Shown piece by piece: positions 1 through 10,379 of a stretch of DNA of 64,000 bases. Origin of the DNA: Alloascoidea hylecoeti (taxonomy: Eukaryota); assembly GCA_001600815.1 (NCBI GenBank), contig BCKZ01000001.1:664613-728612 (forward strand), in the 5' to 3' direction. The position numbers were made by a program, and so were the translations under genes. The notes beneath the pieces are model-generated. The model saw only the letters and a program-made list of their open reading frames with translations. It did no database searches and had not been told where the DNA came from. Each line of letters starts with the position of its first letter. The first letter of the stretch is position 1.

Positions 1-399
1 ACTCATTTTGACCTTAACATCGACAGGAACAATTGTTTCAGAGATAGGGTTAACCTTAACAAGTCCAGGATTAACAGCTTTATAAAACTGACCAAATCTG
101 CTAATGAGACCTACCGTACCTTGTTTAATTTCTTTATATGGATTTGGAAAACAGCAAAAAATGGGGACAGAGCCAAGTGCACCACAACAATTACCCATAC
201 CATTCATAAAACCACCATAAATTCCATCCCGAGGAATGTCTATTTCATAAGCATAAGAAGGTTGTAAATCAGATCTCATGATTTTTTCAACAACAACTAA
301 TGCTTTAGTGGTTGGTTTTAAACTCGAGCTTTGAGATGTTGAAGCCTCGGCACCTTTATTTGTGCCAAACTCTTCGTCAAACTGAATATCATTAGTCAT
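1..399 (-). CDS. Stomatin/SPFH (band 7) family membrane protein, 5' part; runs off the window start
   Basis: Manual translation from ATG 399: MTNDIQFDEEF...YGGFMNGMGNCCGALGSVPIFCCFPNPYKEIKQGTVGLISRFGQFYKAVNPGLVKVNPISETIVPVDVKV. The Cys-rich hairpin followed by QGxVGLxxRFG-x-F-xxx-V-x-PGL is the typical start of fungal stomatins. Absent from the ORF track because it is truncated. Confidence 0.85.
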   Translation of the reverse strand, partial: MTNDIQFDEEFGTNKGAEASTSQSSSLKPTTKALVVVEKIMRSDLQPSYAYEIDIPRDGIYGGFMNGMGNCCGALGSVPIFCCFPNPYKEIKQGTVGLISRFGQFYKAVNPGLVKVNPISETIVPVDVKVKMS

Positions 400-1014
400 A
401 GTTGTAGTTGGTAAATTTAGAATATAGAAAGAAAGCTTGATAAGTATAATCAATTAATAACAAATGATTTTAAAATAGATAAAAAAAAATATGGGAATAA
501 TATCTCTCTCTTTATATAGAAAGAAATAAAACTTAAAGCAAGAAGTACACTCTTATCAAATCATGGGAACAATCTGAAGCGTTGCTATGTCTATCGGCAA
601 GTTTTTGTATAGGAAAGAACATCTCTTGACGATAAACTTTAATTAATTGACGATGTGGTTTTTCTATTAATATTAAAATTGTCGACGTCATAGTCATACA
701 ATTGATATGTTGGGATTTTCTGTTGTATAATACATTTTTGTCTTTTTATATTAAGTATTAAGATTAGTATTAAGATCATTATCAAGATAAAAAAATATGT
801 TGTAGCAAAAATTTCGACCATATAGGCCTATATAATTATAAAAACATGTTTCATGTCAGATAATCACAAGAGCCAATAATTAGATTTCCTTATAGTTTAT
901 TGATAACTGTGTCTATATGCATATGCATAAAACCTAAAACCATTAACTACAACTTAAAAAGGTAAGCGCGCAATTAAAAAGAAGATTAAGAGAAACAATT
1001 TTATTATAAGAATC

Positions 1015-4000
1015 TTATGAGTTCAAATGAAATTGCCTATAGAAACTATCCCATTCACTTGTATCATCATCAAACATAAAATTCTCAAATGTTATGAAAG
1101 GAAATGGCTCAGCTTCACAGTTATAATCAAATTGATTCATATTTGATTCGTTTAAATCTGAAAGAGCATCACTATAATTATTGTGTAATTGTGTGTCAAA
1201 TTCCCTATTATTTGGCATGGGTTGGATGATTGAATTAGCTGCAGTTAAAGTTGTAGTCTGTTCCTGTGATTGCTGTTGTGATTGTTGCTGTATCGTAGGT
1301 GAATGTATTTGATTATCAAAATATTCAAATGGATGAAGCTGTTGTTTTGTAGTATTTATATCTTCTAATAGATAAGGTGATGGGGGTTGAAATTTTAGAA
1401 TCTGTGGAGTTTGAAATGATAATGATTCATGATGATCCGATATATTATAAGCTTGAGATAGTTCTGGAGCTTGAAGAGATATTTGTAAAATTTTCCTTGT
1501 AGTTGATTGATCAGTTGTAAGTTTTATTCTTTTTGTTGATCTTTCTTGACTTTGTTCAACAATTGGTTGTGAAGTCTTATTATAACTATCAACTTCAATA
1601 TTTGTTTGTTTGACATTTCCTAATTCAACATTAGTATCAGATATAGTTTCTTGTGATTGTTTTTTATTAGTATGAACACTGATATGAGCACTTTTCACTT
1701 CTGTATGTTTTTGAGTAGAATTTGAAACGTTATTAGCATTAGTGTTATTAATATTTGTATTTCTAAAAAGATGACTATATTGATTTTTAAAATCGGTATA
1801 ATTTGCGTCATAATAAGAAATATTATTTTGTAGAATATAAAAAGGATTTGACATATTATTATCATTTAAATTTTGATTACCATTTGTTTTATGATTATGA
1901 TTATTATTTAGAATTATATTTTTCTTCAAATGTTTTGTTGTTTCACGAATTGTTTCTAATTCATTAATTAATAATCTTTCAACTATTGTTATTATTGGAC
2001 ATGATAATTTCATATTTTCAATTGATTTTGTAATTGTTTTTAAATGTTTAAAACAAATTAAAGTTGTATATTTTATTGTATTTGAATATAATTTTAATTT
2101 ATTAAAATTTTGATTTAAATTTTTATCAATTGTATTGGTTTCTTTACTTTTTGCAATTGAATAATGATATGATCTATTTAAATCCATTGTTAGATGAGTT
2201 AATAAAAGATTTATAGCTGTTGATATTACATTAACCATATGAAATGGAAATATATTAAAACTAAAACGAGGAGAGTTGTTGGTATTAGCATCAGTAGTTG
2301 CAATAGGTGAAAATTTGGTATTGTTTTTATTAAATATTCTTAATAGATCAATAATTATTTTCATTGATTTCCAACAAGTATCAAAAGCATAATCGAATGA
2401 ATTTTTTTCAATGCTTGTTCCATTATTCTTTTTATTTTGTGGTATATTATCGCTATTATTATCATCATCATCATCATCATCATCACCATCATTACATAAT
2501 AGTTGACTTGCGATTGGAGATAATGAAATAGAAGAAGAATTTTTGTTTGATGTAAATTTGAAGTTGTTAACGATATTTTTAAGTCCGGTTAATAAAATCG
2601 GTCTATATAATGTAATAAGTATCGAATGATAAGTCATATGTAAGATTAATACAATCGGTTCAATATTATTGTAATCAGTACCATTATTATCATTAGCATT
2701 TAAATCGGATGATGTTGGTGGAGTTGAAGATGATTCATTGATATTAATCCATTGATTCCAATGAAGATTATAGGGTAGATTAAATAACCATTTTTCTAAT
2801 TCAATATGTATTTCACCAATAGAATTACAAATTAAATGAAAATTTAAATCTGATTTTTGACTATTTTCATTTCCATTTTCATTTTCATTATCATTATAAT
2901 TGTTATAATTAATATTATTTGTATCATTACCAAATACTTTTCTTAACATTTTATCTAAAATTTTAGATAATTCAGCCATATAAACCCAAGAATTAACCAA
3001 ACACATTCTATTTTCGCCTCTTGATAATAATTTAAACATATTTGCTTCATTTGTAGTTAAAGAATCATAAACCGAACTTCTTAATTCCCCTGGGTATGGT
3101 AGTCTAACAGTTATTCTAACATCTGAATCAAAAATATTTAAAAATGATGGTCTACCATAACAAAAGCTCATAAATTTATCAATTATAAAATTTCCCCAAT
3201 AAACTCTTCTTCTTAATTCTCTTTCAATTCTTGATTTTTTAGAATTATCCCAATTATCAGGATCTAAATGTAAACCCATTTCAAAAACTAATCTAAAAGA
3301 TAAACCAGTAAAAGACCATGCTTTTGATACTTCACCAACCATATATTCTCTTAATGATAAAAATAAAATTGATTGAATTAAAGTCAATGAAGGATCATTT
3401 AATAATCTTAATGATTCAAATATCCAATTTTCAGATAATGAATAAAATTTTGGACCTAAATTTCTAATTTTTAAATCATTTGGGAAAAATAAACAACAAT
3501 ATGAACATAAAGCACATAATAAACCAGGAGTATAATAAGGACCATTACCCAATTCAAAATCTCTTAAGAAATATTCTCTATAAATAAATAAAGTATTTGG
3601 GTATTGACAAGTAAATAAGAAAGATATTAAATTTTTAATAATTTCTAAATTTTCATTTATAAAATTATTTATATTAATTGAATTATTATTATTATTATCT
3701 GTCGAATTTGAAATTAAATCTTTTGGAATATTTGCAATTTCATCTAATGATTTATTTGATATGATTGCTTTTGCTTTTGAATTATATAATGTTGGAGAAA
3801 TTTGTAAAAAACTTGTTGGACCAAAGAATTGGATTGATTTTGAATTTGTATTAACTTTGTATAGTTGGAATGGATGAACATATTTTTCATTATTGATGTT
3901 GTCGTTGGTTATGTATGGAGATTGTTCATTATCAGAATCAATGTTAATATTGATATTGAGATTGGGCTTTGAATGTTGCAATTGGGTTTCTTCATTCAAT

Positions 4001-4514
4001 GCGGTTGCAGTTGCAATTGCTTTTTCATATTCATGATTAACGCTATTAACTTTATGATCAACCATATTAAAGCTTGATTGTGGGTTTAAATCAGATTGAA
4101 TTAATGAACCACATGGCACTGATCCGCTAGTCAACTTCTCAATATACGTTTCTAAGAGATATACCTGCCTTTCTAAAACATCAACATAAGATTTTGTTAC
4201 GGGCCTCTTTTTAAAACCATCATTATGGTAGACACAATTAATTTTCTTTTTGACACAATTTTGACAAGGAGATGCTTTGTTGCATTTAATCTATTAAAGT
4301 TATTATGTTAGTTGCTGTCGGTCAAAAAGACATTGTCGTTTTTAGTTGCTTACTTTTCGTCGTCGACAGTATTGACAGCTACATGAAAGATTTAGTGTTA
4401 GTGTTGGAAATGTCATATTGCAAGGATCCTGATGACATACGATATTCTGACAGGATCTCTGACTTTTCTTCCTTTGGCAGTGTCACCCTCAGACTCCCCC
4501 ACGAAGTGACTCAT
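1015..4514 (-). CDS. Zn2Cys6 binuclear-cluster transcription factor with fungal TF middle homology region (Tea1/Cha4/NirA-like), ~1124 aa, 3 exons (4514-4441, 4378-4354, 4290-1015)
   Basis: Splicing introns 4440-4379 (GTATGT..TAG) and 4353-4291 (GTAAGC..ACTAAC..TAG) gives ISCQYCRRRKIKCNKASPCQNCVKKKINCVY, a complete six-Cys cluster, followed by the coiled coil YVDVLERQVYLLETYIEKL. Also FGPTS, GLHLDP and RRRVYWGNFIIDKFMSFCYGRP motifs and an acidic/aromatic C-terminus (FMFDDDTSEWDSF). Confidence 0.93.
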
Positions 4515-4726
4515 TATAAATAAAAGTGGTGATAAAATAGAATAATAATATGAAAGTTTTTTTTTTTAATGTTAGGTGATTAGAAAGAAAAGTATCGGTA
4601 TTAATGGAGATAATATTAATATAATGCCAAATTAATAAAGAATAAATATATTGACGGAGAATATCTCACATACGATCATCTAAATTTGCATTATTTATTT
4701 TATTATAAAAGATAAGACAATTGTAA

Positions 4727-5616
4727 TCAAAGCTGCCCTGCCTGAATTTCTTCATCCGTCACATCCAAAATTAGCATATGTCCGGGCAGGTGCCCCATCA
4801 CACTCCCCTCGATGTCTCCCCCAAGTTGCATCACAGCCAGCTGAGGGGTGACCCCGCACGCCCAAAAAACAGGAATCTGACCCTCAGGAATCCCGGCGAA
4901 CTCGCCAAAGTCAGGCTCCTCCAAATCTCTAATCCCAAGCCTCTTGACAGCCTTAAAACCCCAGTCTATTGGCTCACCATGCACAGCCCTAAAGTCGCGT
5001 GTAACGTTTCTGACCCTTTCGAGATCCTCGGGCTCGAAACTTCTCATGCTGACTACACAAGTACATCCCGTGAAAACTCCTGCGGGATACAACGCTTGAG
5101 ATTCCAAATTAGTAAATATGAAAAGAAACAGCTCAAGATCGGAATATACAACATACTCTGATTCGTTATATACATAGCCACCGCGCAAGATTTCTTCTGA
5201 TGCTGAATCTCAAGGCCAGCCTTAACCAACCCAAATTCAAAGGAATAGGAGCAGCCAAGTAGGAAGCCCACGTGATCTTTTGTAAACTCCTCGGTTATAT
5301 TTTTGGTTCCATGCTTAACAATTTTACCCTTTTCATATGTATTATAGCGGGGGAAGTCCTTAGTGATATCAAACTCACCATCTTTAATTACCGTTGTGTC
5401 CAGCCGATAAGGATTCCCCACCGGTGTTTTCCCCAACAGCGGGCAAGGGACAGGATTACGTAGACAGAGGTCCTCGAAGTCGCGTGCCACCTTGGAGGGC
5501 AGGACTATCAGGTTTGCCTGCGCGTACCCGGGACAGCATCCCGAGGTGTCCGTTGTGTGTTTTTCACTTTTGCAAAGAGCTCTGAACTGGGATGGTGTGG
5601 TACAGGCCATATTCAT
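4727..5616 (-). CDS. DUF1445 / UPF0317 family protein (YcsI-like; D-glutamate cyclase N-terminal-like domain), 275 aa, 2 exons (5616-5157, 5094-4727)
   Basis: Two ORF-track pieces join across intron 5156-5095 (GTATGT..TACTAAT..AAG) to give AMYITNQT/LYPAGVF. Family motifs: TSGCCPGYAQANLIVLP, RNPVPCPLL, GFLLGCSYSFE, VVSMR, HGEPI, PVFWACGVTPQ, HLPGHMLILD. Confidence 0.9.
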
Positions 5617-5906
5617 CTACTGGACTTACTTTATCCATTTATCACTCCATATTTATACACTGGATTGACGTACTTCACAAATCGCGGTGGGTCCAGTCCG
5701 CAATGTATGCGAAAGATAATGCAGTTTACTACCGGCGCCGTTTAGATCACTCACGTGAAATATCAGACTCCAGTTACTTTCTTAGGTATAAATATTCCTG
5801 TCATTGCAAGTGATTTCCCAAGTATTATTAAATATTCAATTGATTAAATCTATTCAATTTATTCAATCGATTTGAAATCGGAACATCCAAATATTACACA
5901 ATTGCA
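5617..5906. promoter_or_regulatory. Bidirectional promoter between the DUF1445 gene and 5-oxoprolinase
   Basis: 290 bp between two divergent ATGs. Contains CGG-N10-CCG (5685-5700), CGGCGCCG (5733-5740), E-box TCACGTGA (5751-5758) and GATAA (5715-5719). Confidence 0.7.
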
Positions 5907-8900
5907 ATGGGAATAAGAATCGCTATCGACGTATGTGATAAATTCGTGATGAGTAATTATGTCCGTACCCCACTATTATTAATGGTATACTAACTAACCA
6001 TTTATAGAGAGGTGGAACCTTCACTGACTGTGTTGGGAATCCAGGAACCGGGAAAATGGAAGATGATGTTATTATTAAGTTGTTATCCGTTGATCCCGCC
6101 AACTATCCCGATGCTCCATTAGAAGGTATTCGAAGGTTGATGCAAATTTTCTTAAAGAAGAAGATTCCAAGAAATGAACCTTTAGATACAACCGATATTG
6201 AATATATTAGAATGGGCACAACCGTCGCCACCAATGCTCTTTTGGAGAGAAAAGGTGAAAGATGTGCGCTTATAACTACAAAGGGATTTAAAGATTGTTT
6301 AATTATAGGTACGTCACGTCATCACATCACATCATCATATTATGAAATCTATATATTAACATCTTTTTATAGGAAATCAAGCAAGACCTAAAATTTTCGA
6401 TTTGGCAATCAGAAAGCCAGATGTATTATATGAAAGTGTTGTGGAAATCTCCCAAAGAGTTACTTTAGAAGATTATACCGAAGATCCAAATCAATGCAAA
6501 TCAAAAGAAAATAATAAAGATACTATAATTGGTTTATCTGGCGAAATAGTTAGAATTTTAGAGACCCCAGATGTTCAAGAAATAGAATCAAAATTACAAA
6601 GCATTTATGATTCTGGTATAAAATCAATTGGTGTTTGTTTGATGCATTCATATACTTTCCCAGATCATGAATTACTTATAGGTAAAATTGCTGAAAAAAT
6701 CGGTTTTACTCATATTTCATTATCATCACAATTATCTCCAATGATTAAATTTGTTCCAAGAGCAAATTCTGCTATTTGTGATTCATATTTAACTCCTGCT
6801 GTTAAAGATTATCTTGATGGATTTGAATCTGGTTTAAATCCAAATTTTCAAAAAACAACAAAAGTTGAATTTATGCAATCTGATGGTGGTTTAGTTGATG
6901 CTTCAAATTTTACTGGTTTAAAAGCTATATTATCTGGTCCTGCTGGTGGTGTAGTTGGTTATGCTCAAACATGTTATAATCCTGAAAATAAAATTCCTTT
7001 AATTGGTTTCGATATGGGTGGTACTTCAACTGATGTATCAAGATATGGACTTGGGAAATATGATCATGTTTTTGAAACAACAACTGCTGGTGTTACGATT
7101 CAATCTCCTCAATTGGATATTAATACCGTTGCTGCTGGTGGTGGTTCATGTCTTTTTTATAAAAATGGTTTATTTGTTGTAGGTCCAGAATCTGCTTCAT
7201 CACATCCTGGTCCAGCATGTTATAGAAAAGGTGGTCCATTAACAATTACTGATGCAAATTTATTCCTTGGTAGATTATTACCTGAATATTTCCCTAAAAT
7301 ATTTGGTGAAAATGAAGATGAAGGATTAGATGAAGATATTACTGCTAAAAAATTCATTCAATTAACAAAAGAAATAAATGAAGAAACTGGTCAATCTATG
7401 ACACCTGATGAAGTAGCATATGGTTTTATTAATGTTGCAAATGAGTCAATGACAAGACCAATTAGAGCTCTTACTGAAGCAAAAGGTTATATTACTTCAA
7501 AACATCGATTAGTTACTTTTGGTGGTGCTGGTGGTCAACATGCTGTTGCTATTGCTGAATCTTTAGATATTAGTACTGTTTTAATACATCGATATTCTTC
7601 TGTTTTATCTGCATATGGTATGGCATTAGCTGATGTTGTTGAAGAAGTTCAAGAACCATCATCATTAATTTTAAATGATTTAAATAAAATTGAAATATTA
7701 AATAAACTTTCAAAATTAAAATCAAAAGCAACTATTAAATTAATTGATCATGGGTTTACAAAAGAATTTATTGAATTTGAAGAATATTTAAATTTAAGAT
7801 ATAAAGGTACAGAATCATCATTAATGGTTTTAAAAGATGATGATAAAAATGATTATAATTTTAAAGAATCTTTTTATGATTTACATCAAAGGGAATTTGG
7901 TTTTACTTTAAAAGATAGAGATATTATTGTTGATGATATTAGAATTAGAGCAATTGGTAAATCTCCACATATTTCTGAAAAAACAGTTGATGAACAATTA
8001 AAAATTGTTAAAAATTCAACAATTAATAATGATTCAATAAATTCAAAAGTTAAATTTATTAAAAATTCTTATTTTAATGGCAAAAGATTAAAAACTCCCG
8101 TTTTTAGATTAGAAGATTTTGACATTGGTAATCAAATTCATGGTCCTGCAATTTTAGCAGATGGTACACAAACAATTGTTGTATCACCTAATTCAATTGC
8201 AACTATTTTAAAAACTCATGTTGTTATTAATGTTGAATCAAAATCAATTAAAACAAATGAATTAGATAATACAATTGATCCAATTTTATTATCTATTTTT
8301 GGTCATAGATTTATGGATATTGCAGAACAAATGGGAATGTCATTACAAAGAACTTCAGTTTCAACAAATGTTAAAGAAAGATTAGATTTTTCGTGTGCTT
8401 TATTTGATACAAAAGGAAATTTGGTTGCAAATGCACCACATTTACCTGTTCATTTAGGTTCAATGTCAACATGTATTAGAACAAATGCTGATATTTGGAA
8501 AAATAAATTAAAACCTGGTGATTCAATAGTTTCAAATCATCCAAGTGCTGGTGGTACTCATTTACCCGATATAACTGTTATTACACCTGCTTTTGATAAT
8601 GATAAAATAATATTTTATGTTGCTTCAAGAGCTCATCACGCTGATATTGGTGGTATATTACCTGGTTCAATGCCTCCAACTTCAAAAGAATTATATGAAG
8701 AAGGTGCACAAATTTATTCTGAATTATTGGTTTCTCAAGGTAAATTTAATGAAGAAAGAATTACTGATTTATTATTGGTACAACCTGCTAAATATCCTAA
8801 ATGTTCTGGTACAAGATGTCTTGCTGATAATCTTAATGATTTAAGAGCACAAATTGCTGCAAATCAAAAAGGTATAAGTTTAATTTCAAGTTTAGTTGAA

Positions 8901-10010
8901 GATTTTGGTTTAAATACAATCATAAAATATATGACTGCTATTCAAGAAAATGCTGCTAATACTGTTCGTCGTTTATTAGCAACAGTAGTATCTCAACATC
9001 AAATGCCATTAGAAGCTAGTGATTATATGGATGATGGTTCTAAAATTCAATTAAAAATTTATATTGATCCCAAAACTAATGAAGCTGTTTTTGATTTTAC
9101 TGGTACTTCACCTCAATGTTATGGTAATATTAATGCACCAGAAGCAGTTACATATTCTGCAATTATTTATTGTTTAAGATGTCTCGTCGATGAAGATATT
9201 CCATTAAATCAAGGATGTTTGAAACCAATTAAAGTGAAAATACCTCCAAATTCTTTACTCTCCCCCGCCGAACAAAGAGCTGTGGTTGGTGGCAATGTAA
9301 TGACTTCTCAACGTGTTACAGATGTTATTCTTAAAGCATTTAAAGCTATGGCTGATTCTCAAGGTTGTTGTAATAACTTAACATTTGGCTACGGTGGTAA
9401 TGATGAAAATGGTAATTACACCCAAGGTTTTGGATATTATGAAACTATTGCAGGTGGTCATGGAGCTGGACCTAATTGGGATGGTGTTCCTGGTGTCCAT
9501 ACCAATATGACAAATACAAGAATAACAGACGCTGAGATTTTTGAAAGACGATATCCTATCATTTTACGACAATTTTCTTTAAGGCCTAATTCTGGTGGAA
9601 AAGGTTTACATAATGGTGGTGATGGTGTCATTAGAGATATTGAATTTAGATTACCTGTTACTTGTTCTATCTTATCAGAAAGACGTGTTATTGCTCCTCA
9701 TGGATTATTTGGAGGTGAAGATGGTAGTTTAGGAGTTAACATTTGGAAGAAACAAATTCAAGATTCAAGTGGTAAAATCACTGGATTTGAAACAATTAGT
9801 ATTGGAGGTAAGAATAGTGTTAATGTTTTGCCAGGTGATCGTGTTATCATTAATACACCTGGTGGAGGTGCCTTTGGATCAATTCCTGATGATCAAAAAG
9901 AAGAAAAATTAGATGAGTTTACGAATTATATTAGCAATGATCAAAAATCACAACATTTCATTGGGGCTGGAAGTGTTTCACAACGGAAAATCATTCAGGA
10001 AACAAACTAA
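5907..10010 (+). CDS. OXP1: ATP-dependent 5-oxoprolinase (hydantoinase A+B fusion), ~1320 aa, 3 exons (5907-5930, 6008-6308, 6373-10010)
   Basis: Introns 5931-6007 (GTATGT..ACTAAC..TAG) and 6309-6372 (GTACGT..TATTAAC..TAG) restore [16 protein letters not shown] and [13 protein letters not shown]. Motifs [76 protein letters not shown]. Confidence 0.97.
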
Positions 10011-10056
10011 ATATATATATATATATATATATATAGTCATATGTCATATGTCATAT
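10011..10056. repeat. (AT)12 microsatellite followed by (GTCATAT)3, immediately after the OXP1 stop
   Basis: Read directly from the sequence; TA-rich tracts like this often serve as yeast 3'-end efficiency elements. Confidence 0.85.
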
Positions 10057-10379
10057 AATTGAATAAAATTTATAATATTTATGATATATTGTTGCATGAG
10101 AAGGAATTGGAACTCCGCTAGTGTTAGTCATTTTCAAAAGAATGAAATATTCAAAATTTCATTAAAATAAGTTCTTTAAGATCAAGATGCAACATATAAT
10201 GATAACATTATCGTGATCATGGTTTTATTCTGCACCTTTTACTGTAATTAAAATCATATTACTGTATTGGGATTGATATGCAGAAATTAGTTATGGGTAC
10301 TACTAGGTGCAAAATAAAGAATGTTTGGGTGTCATCAATATGAGTATAATCATCAACCTCAAGATATAAAAAAATAGGT

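Noticed and set aside
5053..5188. Apparent frameshift or pseudogene in the DUF1445 gene (two overlapping ORFs)
   Set aside because: Fully explained by a 62-nt intron with donor, branch point and acceptor that restores the frame.
4305..5813. Plus-strand ORFs (4305, 4778, 5272, 5394, 5557, 5592) over the TF and DUF1445 genes
   Set aside because: Antisense shadows of real genes; the local high GC lowers stop-codon frequency and none has recognisable motifs.
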